From an uncultured Candidatus Saccharibacteria bacterium (GTDB taxonomy: Bacteria > Patescibacteriota > Saccharimonadia > Saccharimonadales > UBA4665): DNA of 64,000 nucleotides. The stretch's first letter is position 1. Each line of letters begins with the position of its first letter. A program made the position numbers and the translations under genes. Location: positions 56,325 through 120,324 of the forward strand of contig CAWJJN010000003.1 of the NCBI GenBank assembly GCA_963843205.1, given 5' to 3'. Positions 30,498 to 40,095 of this stretch are shown here, piece by piece. The notes beneath the pieces were generated by a model. It saw nothing but the letters and a program-made list of their open reading frames with translations, did not search any database and was not told the origin of the DNA.

Positions 30498-31699
30498 ACG
30501 GTCGCTCCTTGAGTTTGGTGTATATATACGTCCCAGAGTTTATCTGCTGAATCATCCCAGCTGCGGCTGGCGTATTCGCGGTAAGCATTTGCATGCAGCT
30601 CGTCGCGCAGGGCGTCGTTTTGGACTACTCCGACTATCTTGTTGGCCATTTCGTTAATGTCCCAAAAATCAACTTTCAGGCAGTTATGAATGACTTCGGA
30701 CGCGCCGGACTGCTTGCTGACCAGGACGGGCGTTCCGTAGCCGATAGCCTCCAGGGCCACTAACCCGAACGGCTCGGATATGGAGGGCATAACAAACAAA
30801 TCCGCGACTGTGTAAGCGTCGCGGTAGGCTTTGCCCCGCTGGAAACCGGCAAAAAACACATTTGCGCCGATGCCCAGGTCGGCGGCCGTCTCTATGAGCT
30901 CGCGTTTTTGTTCGCCGTCGCCCACGAACAACAAAAAGGTCTTAGGTGCCCGCTGCAATACTTCTTTGAAGGCGTGCAGTAAGTTTGGCAAACCCTTTTG
31001 GATTGTCAGGCGGCCGACGCTCGAAACCACCCGATAGCCAAACTGTTTTGTATGTTCAAGGTAGCGGTAAATGTTGTCGCCGTCAGCCGGCTCTAAACTC
31101 TGCGGGTCAAAATGGTTGTGAACGACTTCGATTTTGTCCTCGGGTATGCCGTATTCGCGCATGATGGTTTGCTTGGTATTGTTACTGATGGCAACGACAC
31201 GGTCGGCCAGGCTCAGGGCCAGAGATTCGATTTCGCGCACATAAGGGCTGCCGCCAAAGGGACGGCCGGCGCGGTCTGATTCAACGGAATGTATGTGGAT
31301 GACCAGAGGTTTTCCGGTAATCATCTTGGCGCGTATTGCCGCCCGGCAGGTTAGCCAGTCGTGGGCGTGGATAACATCGAATTCGGCCAGTTTGACTATC
31401 CGGCCGACCAACTCTTCGTAGGAGGCCAGCACTCCGCCCAGGGCGTGCTCGGAGTTCGGGCCGTCGCCCGGCGCTACAGGGCCGTAGGCGCGGGCCTTGG
31501 CCATAACGGTTTCAGCATCATCTGCGAACACCGAGTTAATACGCATGAAATCGATATGAGAATGGTCGGCGGTGTAGGGAAGGACAAACTCGATGTCTGC
31601 GCCTTTTTTGGACAGGGCTTTGCAGAGCTGATAACAGGCTACGCCAAGTCCACCGCTGTTATGGGGAGGTAACTCCCATCCTAACATCAAGATTCGCAT
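30494..31699 (-). CDS. GT4 glycosyltransferase
   Basis: WELPPHNSGGLG, HAHDW, VMPSISEPFGLVALEA. Confidence 0.95.
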   Translation of the reverse strand: MRILMLGWELPPHNSGGLGVACYQLCKALSKKGADIEFVLPYTADHSHIDFMRINSVFADDAETVMAKARAYGPVAPGDGPNSEHALGGVLASYEELVGRIVKLAEFDVIHAHDWLTCRAAIRAKMITGKPLVIHIHSVESDRAGRPFGGSPYVREIESLALSLADRVVAISNNTKQTIMREYGIPEDKIEVVHNHFDPQSLEPADGDNIYRYLEHTKQFGYRVVSSVGRLTIQKGLPNLLHAFKEVLQRAPKTFLLFVGDGEQKRELIETAADLGIGANVFFAGFQRGKAYRDAYTVADLFVMPSISEPFGLVALEAIGYGTPVLVSKQSGASEVIHNCLKVDFWDINEMANKIVGVVQNDALRDELHANAYREYASRSWDDSADKLWDVYIHQTQGATV

Positions 31700-31810
31700 G
31701 TCTCTGAATTCTTCACCCTATTACAATAATCAAGCTAATTATAGTTCAGGGAATAGCATAAGCACAACCGTTTTTTTGAAAAAACCGTAAATTTTTCGAA
31801 CGTTTTGCTG

Positions 31811-33022
31811 TTAGCCCAAAAGTCTTTCGACTGCCAGCTCCATTGCGGCCTGCTTGTAGCTGATTTGTTTCTTTTTGGCCCGTTTAAAGCACTCCTGGGC
31901 GGCAGGTACTATAATCTCTGCCAGTTTTTTGTTGACCACAGCCTCGGTCCACTTTTCGTCTTCCAGGTTTTGCTGCCATTCCAGGTAGGAAACTATCACG
32001 CCGCCAGCATTGGCGATAACATCTGGCAAAATCTCGACATTCTTGGCCGCCAGCGCAGCTTCGGCCGAGTTGGCAACCGGTCCGTTAGCCATCTCAACAA
32101 TGAGCCGGGCTTTAACGTCTGCTACGTTTTCCTCGGTAACAGCGTTTTCCAGGGCTGCCAGAACCAGGACGTCAGCCTCCACCCCGATGATCGCGCCACT
32201 GGAACGCGGCTTAACACCAGCCAGGTCGCTGAGGTCGTCGGGCCTTGGTGCAGCTGATTTGGTTTCGGTCTTTGTGATGTCGATGCCATCCGGCTGCACC
32301 CAGGTGTTCCGGCTGTTAGCGATAGCCACAAGCTTGGCCTCCGGGCAGAGCTCGCGAAGCACCTCGGCAAAGAAGTAACCGACATTACCAAAGCCTTGAA
32401 GCGCGACAGTAAACGGCTTGCCGGATTGGTTGGTCGCCTTGAGATACTCAACCATGGTAATAACACCCCCGCGCCCGGTAGCGGCCTGGCGGCCCTCCGA
32501 ACCCTTGTTGGACATAGATTTGCCGGTAAAGCTGCCCGGGTCTTTGCGCCCGATTGTTTTTTCGAACTCGTCCACCATCCAGTCAATGATCTTGCCGTTG
32601 GTGTTGACGTCCGGAGCAGGGATGTCTTTGTCAGAGCCGATGTGCGGAGCAAGTTCCCGGGCATAATTGCGCGAAAGTTCTTCCAGCTCGGCTTCGCCAA
32701 GCGCCTTAGGGTCAACAACAATGCCGCCCTTACCGCCGCCCAGCGCCAAACCGGCAGCAGCGCATTTCACGCTCATCAAGGTAGCCAGAGCCCGCACTTC
32801 GTCCAGGGTTACACCGGGATGAAAACGAATTCCGCCCTTATGCGGCCCTAGCTTGCGGTTGTGCTGCACGCGGTAAGCCTGGTACTTTTTGCCCCCGGCG
32901 CTGACCTCGAAAACATGCTCACGATCCGGCTCCAAAAAGCTGTCGATTGTTTTGTCGTCATAGCCAAGATCTTTGGCGGCAGTCCTAATAGCATTCTGCG
33001 CCGTGGCGAGCATAATATTCAT
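31811..33022 (-). CDS. gdhA: Glu/Leu/Phe/Val dehydrogenase (glutamate dehydrogenase-like)
   Basis: GPHKGGIRFHP, GGGKGG, PAPDVNT, QGFGNVG, EMANGP, ANAGGVIVSYLEW. Confidence 0.93.
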   Translation of the reverse strand: MNIMLATAQNAIRTAAKDLGYDDKTIDSFLEPDREHVFEVSAGGKKYQAYRVQHNRKLGPHKGGIRFHPGVTLDEVRALATLMSVKCAAAGLALGGGKGGIVVDPKALGEAELEELSRNYARELAPHIGSDKDIPAPDVNTNGKIIDWMVDEFEKTIGRKDPGSFTGKSMSNKGSEGRQAATGRGGVITMVEYLKATNQSGKPFTVALQGFGNVGYFFAEVLRELCPEAKLVAIANSRNTWVQPDGIDITKTETKSAAPRPDDLSDLAGVKPRSSGAIIGVEADVLVLAALENAVTEENVADVKARLIVEMANGPVANSAEAALAAKNVEILPDVIANAGGVIVSYLEWQQNLEDEKWTEAVVNKKLAEIIVPAAQECFKRAKKKQISYKQAAMELAVERLLG

Positions 33023-33180
33023 GTCAGTCGTTACCTCTCACTTAGTGATTTCAGTATACGCCAACGCCGTTAAACATAGCCATGTGAAAAATCCAACACC
33101 AGATAATTATCTACCGTTAAAAAACGCGGAGCAGGTGACAAACGTGCCTATTTGCAGTATTATATCTCTGTTATCTCCAT

Positions 33181-33256
33181 AGGGGAGTAGCTCAGTTGGT
33201 AGAGCACCGGTCTCCAAAACCGGGTGTCGCAGGTTCAAGTCCTGTCTCCCCTGCCA
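33181..33256 (+). tRNA. tRNA-Trp (CCA)
   Basis: AGGGGAG acceptor, CCGGT-CTCCAAA-ACCGG, GTTCAAGTC, CCA end. Confidence 0.97.
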
Positions 33257-33293
33257 TGAAAATGACACAGGTGCAAATCTGTGTCATTTTCAT
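33256..33293. repeat. Perfect 15-bp inverted repeat directly after tRNA-Trp
   Basis: ATGAAAATGACACAG-8 nt-CTGTGTCATTTTCAT. Confidence 0.9.
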
Positions 33294-33348
33294 TGTTTGG
33301 GAAGCAGGACTTGGTTCTGTGACAGGGATTTGCGAAGCAAAGACCGTA

Positions 33349-33448
33349 GTCGCAGGTTCGTGGAGCGAGGACGCGCACAGAAGCTTGCTTCGAGCACGCC
33401 ACAGCGGAGAAGGGCAACGCCCGCTAGTCCCGTCTCCCCAGACATGAA
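33349..33448 (+). repeat. Interrupted duplicate of the tRNA-Trp 3' half
   Basis: GTCGCAGGTTC (as 33226-33236), 65-nt insert, then AGTCCCGTCTCCCCAGACATGAA (20/23 to 33238-33260). Confidence 0.8.
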
Positions 33449-33647
33449 TGGTTTCTAAGAAGTAAGGACGAGTGAGAGCTCGTTCTTTTTGTTTTTCTCA
33501 CCACTGTTGGAAAGTTTGGATTAATTCAAGTCCTGCCTCTCTAAGTTCCTTCCAAAATGCCTGATATATGCAACATATTTACATAAATGATTGTTTTTGG
33601 ATGATTTATATGCTAGAATGCAAGTGTAATTAAGCGGAAAGTTTGTA

Positions 33648-34819
33648 ATGAGATTAATAAGTTTTAGCGTAAGCAACTATAAATCTTTTTTGGCCGAACA
33701 GACTATAGCTTTTGATACAAATTCAAAGGTTGACATTTTAGTTGGACCAAACGGCTCAGGTAAATCAAACTTGCTCAGAGCAATGCACTTCTACGGTAAG
33801 TTTATCAGAAACTCTACGACCTATAAGGCAAAAGATACAGGCTATGAGCCTTTCCTATTTAATGTAGGTGCTACTGAAATACAGACTGAGTTTAAGGCTG
33901 AGATGCAGACTGACAGGTCTATTTACTATTATTCATTCTCAGTTCAGCGGGGCTTCGTTAAGAGTGAGACTCTTAAGAGAAAAAAGCTTGGCAACAACGA
34001 AGTTTACAGCACGATTTTCAGTAGGTCATCCATCGATAAAAAGAGGTACGAGAAGAACGGTTTCAATGCCCCGATACTCAAATCAACACGTGATGACGCA
34101 CTTATATTGACGAAAGCTTGGGAGAACAACAATAAATACGCGCTAGAGGTGTTTGAGTGGTTGGACCACTTCAAGTTTATGTTTAGCTCTCAGCACTTTA
34201 GAGGCACCGGCACTGCCAAAAAAGTCAAGGAAAGCCCTGAATTCAAATCAAGAAAGTCCTCGACCTCTTGCAGAAAGCTGATCTTTATATCCAGGATCTT
34301 AGCGTAGCTGAAGTAGACATTCCAGAGGTAGTGATTAGTGCCTTCTCGGATGAAGTGAGATCAAAAGTAAATAAAACTACCTACGATGTCACGACAACGC
34401 ATATGGTATATGATGACAGGGGCAACATAGTGAAGGCAGCCCATCTGCCCCTAAGTGCTAAATCAACAGGCACTAGGAGGATATTTGAGTTGGCGTTTCC
34501 AATTCTCGATAGTCTTGAGAACGGAAATATCCTTTGCATTGATGAGTTTGAGGTTAACCTACATCCAAAGGAGTGCACATTCCTCGTAAGCCTTTTTAGC
34601 TCAGACAATAACAAAAAAGGCGCAAGACTGATCATCACCACGCACAATACTCAACTTCTTGATCAAGTGGGAAGAAATAGCGTTCATCTTGTAGGCAAAA
34701 ACCGCCGTGAAGAAACGATATTAGGACAAATATCTAAGAACATCAGGTCTGATGACAAACTTTTAGAGAAGAAATACAACAAGGGTCTATTTGGGGCTAA
34801 CCCAAATATCAGGGGGTAA
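33648..34819 (+). CDS. AAA_21/RloA-like ATPase (one frameshift near 34247)
   Basis: LVGPNGSGKSNLL, STGTRRIF, IDEFEVNLHP, LIITTHN, LEKKYNKGLFGANP. Confidence 0.85.
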
Positions 34820-34826
34820 TGGCGCA

Positions 34827-35507
34827 ATGTTGTTTGTGCTGGTATGTACCGAAGGAGATGTATCCGAACCCGCCTGTATTGATGAACTACACAAGGCTCT
34901 TAAAGGCCAGCGTCCGCAGTCTGGTGATACATTTGTAGAAATCGTGACTATACCGCTAGGCGGAAACCAAGGTCATAAAAAGATTATCTCTAAGGCTGAG
35001 CATGAGATAGAGTTGGCATCCCAAGATTCCGAACGACTCATCTCTTTTGCTGAAGAAGATGACGAAAGGCAGAAATGGCTCATCTGCGATCACGACAAAA
35101 TGGACCAAGCCGGCATAGTCTTGCAAGATTTTCGAAAGCAAGTAGCCGCCGCCGGTTACACACTTGTAATGAATAAGCCCAACTTCGAGTTCTTTGTCGT
35201 AGCCCTGCTTAGCGGCGTTGATGCGGCCCGAGCCGTAAAACAAAAGGACTACGCGGATGTTATTGAGCGTGAGATAGGGGCATTAAACCAGCGAAACCGT
35301 GAGGAAAAAGGATTCTCAGATAATATGATGATTCCGCCGTATTCCAAGAAGAGGTACGTTTCGATTGATTTCTTCGGCAAACTCATGCACTATCATCCCG
35401 AACTTTTACATGGGCTAGCTGAAGTTGAGGCTAGTGACAGTGACAATTTTACGGATATGCCGAAACTGATAAATGCATTGAAAGCCATCTATGGGATCGA
35501 TAATTGA
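34827..35507 (+). CDS. RloB-like (TOPRIM-like) protein
   Basis: LVCTEG..SEP, WLICDHD, NKPNFEFF; follows the AAA ATPase. Confidence 0.75.
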   Translation: MLFVLVCTEGDVSEPACIDELHKALKGQRPQSGDTFVEIVTIPLGGNQGHKKIISKAEHEIELASQDSERLISFAEEDDERQKWLICDHDKMDQAGIVLQDFRKQVAAAGYTLVMNKPNFEFFVVALLSGVDAARAVKQKDYADVIEREIGALNQRNREEKGFSDNMMIPPYSKKRYVSIDFFGKLMHYHPELLHGLAEVEASDSDNFTDMPKLINALKAIYGIDN

Positions 35508-35516
35508 GCTGTACAT

Positions 35517-36149
35517 ATGGACGATCTAAGAAATAAGACTGACCAAGAATTAATGGATCTGATGCGCGCAAGTGTTTCAAACCAATACGTGCCATCTTCT
35601 GTATATCATCGGGCCAAGCAAGAACTTGATTTTAGGAAAATGAATTCTACGCAGCAACATAGCGATGTAACGCCGACAGCGGTAACGATTTTACGCGCCA
35701 TTGCTAACAGCAAAAGAAGTACGGATGCTACAGGTAAATTTATGCCCAAAGAGTTACTCGAGCATCAGTTCGGAAGTAAACGAATACCCAAAGTGCGGGA
35801 GGCACTCGCTGAGCTGATTGATCGTGACTTTGTCGAGGAAATCGAAGGCTACAAAGGTGTATATCACTTAACTCCCTTTGGGGATGATTATTTGATTAGC
35901 CTGGCAACGACTAATGTCACTAGCTATTCACACATTACAAACTCAAATATCGCCCACGAGTCACCCAACGCCCATCAGACAATTGACATTAACAAGCTTC
36001 CACAAGACATACAGGAAAGTTTACGAGACCTCAAGGCGGCCGCCTCTAAGGGCAACTCGTCGGCGATGAAAAAGATATTTGCATATATTGCTGATAAAGC
36101 GGTTGATGTTGCAATAGCTATCGCTCTAGGTCGCTTAAAGCTAGGGTGA
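35517..36149 (+). CDS. Hypothetical protein with probable winged-helix domain
   Basis: ILRAIA...VREALAELIDRDFVE...YHLTPFG. Confidence 0.6.
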   Translation: MDDLRNKTDQELMDLMRASVSNQYVPSSVYHRAKQELDFRKMNSTQQHSDVTPTAVTILRAIANSKRSTDATGKFMPKELLEHQFGSKRIPKVREALAELIDRDFVEEIEGYKGVYHLTPFGDDYLISLATTNVTSYSHITNSNIAHESPNAHQTIDINKLPQDIQESLRDLKAAASKGNSSAMKKIFAYIADKAVDVAIAIALGRLKLG

Positions 36150-36200
36150 CCACCCATCAAGCAGTTCGCGTATTTCCCAAATCTCATCCTCAACCTCCAG

Positions 36201-36263
36201 AAGCTCGTCATCGTCGGCAAGCACATCTCCCAGAGTTATCTTAAACGACGCGAACCCCTGCCA
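36201..36263. repeat. 63-bp direct repeat, copy A (gene remnant on minus strand)
   Basis: 53/63 identical to 38078-38140; minus strand reads WQGFASFKITLGDVLADDDELL. Confidence 0.85.
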
Positions 36264-36364
36264 TGAAATATAGTTATCCGTTACCGTAAATTTGATCGAA
36301 CTGCCGTCTTTGCACTATCTCCTCCTACATACTTTCGGCTTAGCTTGGATTAAAATGTTAAGTT

Positions 36365-37297
36365 GTGATAGTCGAAGTAAGTAATATACCGCAAAAGTTT
36401 GATCGTTATGACGGCCCGGCCGAACTGCTGGAAGCATGCCGGGATACTCACTTGTCAGGATATCCTCCGCCTGAAAATAGATGGCATATCTCCACTCATG
36501 CCTGGGATACTATGGCAAGAACGGGAGTGATTACCGTACCGCCCGGCCTTTGGGTTGTGTCGGGTCACCCCAGCAGAGATGAGGCAGCCGCCGAAGGCAT
36601 TGCGCTAGACCCCGCAAACCCTGGCGCGATAGACGCAGCGCAAAAGACAGCCTGGAGAAAAGAGTATCCACTTGTTACAGACAGTGGTTTGCCCGTGCAT
36701 CCTTTGGCAAGGCTTGGAGTTACTACAAGGGCTACCGACCCAAAAACCGGCATTATTCATAGGCTGGGGATGGCGACTGGGATCGGGCGCGAACGGCACT
36801 ACGGAGCATCAAAAACAGGAGCTTTACTTCTTGCCAGGCTAGGTTTGCATGGTGAAGTCGAATACCCCGTCGTAACCGAGATGCGCGGCAACAGGCTAAG
36901 GAGCTCCTTTCCTGGTGGCTACGCTGCGGCCGGAGAAACAATTGCCGAAACTTGTGTTAGAGAGAGTGTAGAAGAATTGAAGATTGTTGGCGTGTCCGAT
37001 AATACTGAACATACGAATCTGCTGAGGAGCTTAATCCGCCGGCTGCCGCACATATTATGGCGGGTGTCACCGTCGGTTACAGGTCCTTGTACGCTTAATG
37101 CTTGGCTGGCCGAACATTTTCTAGTAGTTGACGCAACCAGCATACTCGATATGCAGGATATCGAGCTCCAGGCAGGCGAAGCGGGAATACAGCAAGCTCA
37201 ATGGTGCTCTGGGCGCGAGCTCATAAAAGACCCGGCATTGCTTGGAAGCCATAGGCGCGCTTTATTGGCGCACATGGAAGTGCTTGGCATCGAATGA
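36365..37297 (+). CDS. Nudix hydrolase, NUDT9/ADP-ribose pyrophosphatase-like
   Basis: Nudix box GGYAAAGETIAETCVRESVEEL; upstream GLPVHP..G..GIGR..HYGA segment. Confidence 0.7.
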   Translation: MIVEVSNIPQKFDRYDGPAELLEACRDTHLSGYPPPENRWHISTHAWDTMARTGVITVPPGLWVVSGHPSRDEAAAEGIALDPANPGAIDAAQKTAWRKEYPLVTDSGLPVHPLARLGVTTRATDPKTGIIHRLGMATGIGRERHYGASKTGALLLARLGLHGEVEYPVVTEMRGNRLRSSFPGGYAAAGETIAETCVRESVEELKIVGVSDNTEHTNLLRSLIRRLPHILWRVSPSVTGPCTLNAWLAEHFLVVDATSILDMQDIELQAGEAGIQQAQWCSGRELIKDPALLGSHRRALLAHMEVLGIE

Positions 37298-38072
37298 TAG
37301 TCGCTTTCCGTCACGGTTTATTTCCACTCAATCAGCGGTCGCATTCGGTCGGTCAAGAAGCCTTTTGTGAGGCTGAGAAAAGTATTCCGCCAGACGCAGA
37401 TGAGACTATGGATTTACTTCCCGAAGGCTATGAACAGGCTCGTCGTCTTCAGCCCGTATTGGCAGAGCGGCGATACGGGCTTGTTTATGTTCTCCGACGC
37501 TAAGGACGCAGACGACAGCCAGACTGGCCTTGGAAGGGCTTGACTTGCCGGACGGAACCCTAATAGTGCCAGAACTGTTAGAACGCAGCCGCGGCAAGCT
37601 CAGCTACGCCCCTGCCGCTTGGACCAACACCCAGCCAGATTATCCAAAGAAAAAGTCCGTACTGGATTGGCAGCCCCCAGGAGTTGACTATAACGGCAAC
37701 CCTGGTGAATCAATACGGCAAGTGCGCGACATAAGAGTATGGCCAGTTCTGCGGGTCGTAGACGAGTTTGAGGCAGGCGAGACAATTGCCTTATCCACTC
37801 ATGCAGAGTGGTTGACGTCGCTACGAGCATATTACCTAGGCTTTGACGATACGCGCTTCAGACAACCGCTGTTCCGTGGCGCTCCCCCGGATAACCGAGC
37901 ACTTACTACAGCCAAAATGATCATTAACGGACAGATCGACATGTACAAATGTACCTGCTCCCCGCCCATTCAAGCCAGCTCCCCAGAAAGACATATGGAC
38001 GCATTCCGCACGATAATCACGGAGCCCGGATTACAATTCGATACTGACTGGATAAATATTAAGGATATGTAA
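37294..38072 (+). CDS. Histidine phosphatase (PGAM) family (one -1 frameshift near 37490)
   Basis: FRHG at N-term; corrected SPTLRTQTTA; ELLERSRG; STHAEW; span 779 = 3n-1. Confidence 0.8.
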
Positions 38073-38077
38073 GGTAA

Positions 38078-38140
38078 AAGCTGTTCATCGTCAGCCAGTA
38101 CATCTTCCAAAGTTATCTTAAACGACGCAAGCTCCTGCCA
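38078..38140. repeat. 63-bp direct repeat, copy B
   Basis: Minus strand reads WQELASFKITLEDVLADDEQLL; similarity stops next to the phosphatase stop codon. Confidence 0.85.
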
Positions 38141-38348
38141 ATGAAAATCGCCCAACACGTTGTGCCAGCATTGATCTTGGGTACAAATTTTGCGATACTT
38201 TATCTATCACCAATAGAAGTTCTCCCCTACAGGGTTCCGTCCTTGCGGGGGTTCTTCTTTTTAGGGCGATGTTAGTGCTTCTTACTAGGATTGCTCACGA
38301 AACGATGGTACGGCTTAAAAATGTCAAATTTAAGGAGCGCCGGAATAT

Positions 38349-38648
38349 TCATAAGTTTTCCAATGGGATGCCAGTTTTTTCAGAAACTCTACGCGCCCAT
38401 TCTAGTAGACGGCTAAACTGATTGTCACGCATAAGCTGTTCAGTCTCATAACGGTCAATCCTGCCGATGAAGCCATCAATTGTATTGAGGAGTCGGTGAT
38501 GAGATTCCCGAAGCTCGGACATGTCTTTCTCAACCTTGTCGAACCGCGTATCAACCTGCTGGGCAAAAGTAGAAATAATCTCAGATAAATCCGTAACTGC
38601 CTTATCTACAATCTCTTGCACTTCTTGTTTTGTGGCATACGCACTCAT
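38349..38648 (-). CDS. Small coiled-coil hypothetical protein
   Basis: 99 aa heptad-rich ORF with GGAG upstream. Confidence 0.75.
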   Translation of the reverse strand: MSAYATKQEVQEIVDKAVTDLSEIISTFAQQVDTRFDKVEKDMSELRESHHRLLNTIDGFIGRIDRYETEQLMRDNQFSRLLEWARRVSEKTGIPLENL

Positions 38649-38759
38649 ACCTACATTATACCTCCTATATTAGGTCAGTCGCTAGGTTAAATGATGTTGT
38701 CAGTAATTGCAATCTCCCGGCCGGGTAATTTTTTATTCTTGTTATAATAACTTACCCTT

Positions 38760-39518
38760 ATGATAAATAACGAAGTCGCCTTGACCATACCAGAGGACTG
38801 TACTGCCGAGCTGGCAAGCCAGAGCGTGCCTTTTCGCAGCCTCGATGAACCCCGGGTAGAGATAAAAGAGCCGTCCTGCGAGCCGTATTATACCTCTAAC
38901 GATGTTTGGCGCGTCACTGCCGCCAGGGGCCTGCTTCGCAGATTGCCCTTGATCGAGCTAGACCCTGATCGGTCCGCGGCGCTTGTAATTGGCGCTGGGA
39001 GCTTGCCCTTTACGCTTGACATGCTGCCGCCCACGGTTGTCGTTGCTGATCTTCACCAGTCGGTCATAGACGGCGTCGCAGACAGGTGCAGGGCGGTCGC
39101 ACAAGGAAGTTCCTGGGATGGCTATGAAGGCAATTACGCCGATAATGGCGCGGTTACCACAGAGCTTTATCTTATGCGCCGGGCAGGATTGGCCCGGGAT
39201 TTTGAGCAAGCAAAATCAGCTGCCCGGAGGGCAAAAATCGTGCCAGCATTGGGCAACGTGATGGCTACAGCTCCAGCACTGTTCAACAACGGCGCCCTAG
39301 GCGACAAACAGCTTACTTTTATAAACTTCACGAATGTAGCGCAATATTTAGAACCTAGCAGAAAGACCGGGACACAAGCACAAAGAGGAGGGCGCGCCGC
39401 GTTAGCTGCGTTGCTCAGTAAGCTGCCAGTCCACGAGCAGGCAGTTATCTGCGACAGCTCATCAGCGCAAGAAGTTATGTTGTATACTCTCGAGCAATAT
39501 TTGAAATTTGCCAGCTAG
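38760..39518 (+). CDS. Hypothetical protein, possible SAM-binding Rossmann fold
   Basis: ALVIGAGSLP, VVVADLH, FINFTNVAQYL. Confidence 0.55.
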   Translation: MINNEVALTIPEDCTAELASQSVPFRSLDEPRVEIKEPSCEPYYTSNDVWRVTAARGLLRRLPLIELDPDRSAALVIGAGSLPFTLDMLPPTVVVADLHQSVIDGVADRCRAVAQGSSWDGYEGNYADNGAVTTELYLMRRAGLARDFEQAKSAARRAKIVPALGNVMATAPALFNNGALGDKQLTFINFTNVAQYLEPSRKTGTQAQRGGRAALAALLSKLPVHEQAVICDSSSAQEVMLYTLEQYLKFAS

Positions 39519-39949
39519 GATTTGTCTGTCTGTTTTGCGAGTTCTTTCAGATCTTCTAGCGTTATGATGGACAAGGGCCGTGGTAACTTATCCATCGCGA
39601 ACCAGCCGATTTTATCGCACTTGTCCGGCTCCATGATTTTAGGCGTTTGGCCCGGCCTAAAGCGTGCTAAGAAAGTTGTTGCTACCCAGTGCTGGCCATC
39701 GGCCGGGATGAGGTGATCGGCTGCCGGAAATTGCTCGATAACTTCAATCTCAGCGCCGTATTCTTCCAGCATCTCGCGCCTGACGGCTTGCTCTAACGTT
39801 TCGCCAAACTCAACGCCGCCGCCGGGCGTTTCCCAATGACCGCGTTCGTTCTTGCAGTTCTGGCTCCGCTTGGATAAAAATAGCTCACCCTTGTCGTTAA
39901 ATACCATCGCTCCGACAGAGACGCCGATGTAGTCTATGCCTTTTTTCAT
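39515..39949 (-). CDS. Nudix hydrolase
   Basis: WETPGGGVEFGETLEQAVRREMLEEYG; likely start MKKGIDY at 39949. Confidence 0.92.
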   Translation of the reverse strand: MKKGIDYIGVSVGAMVFNDKGELFLSKRSQNCKNERGHWETPGGGVEFGETLEQAVRREMLEEYGAEIEVIEQFPAADHLIPADGQHWVATTFLARFRPGQTPKIMEPDKCDKIGWFAMDKLPRPLSIITLEDLKELAKQTDKS

Positions 39950-40095
39950 TCCGGCCTCGAGGCCACTGTCGGGGCTTTGCGGAAAGTGTGAAGTTTCATG
40001 CCCTAATAATACCTCATCTGTTGTGATCAAACCTATTTGCCTGCGGCGAACAGGTCAGCGTAAAGTTACACATATGGAGGCGCCTGAAATCTTTT

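Noticed and set aside
38227-38245. AGGGTTCCG resembling the guanidine-I (ykkC) riboswitch
   Set aside because: The downstream conserved GGTCCGAG and 3' elements are missing, and no transporter gene follows
38141-38275. 44 aa hydrophobic ORF (MKIAQHVVPALILG...) as a type I toxin
   Set aside because: No RBS; overlaps the repeat flank and hairpin; likely chance
38349-38648. Small coiled-coil protein as a member of the helical-tag family
   Set aside because: Charged heptad pattern; lacks the LP/IP, central G-S turn and YxxxIG features
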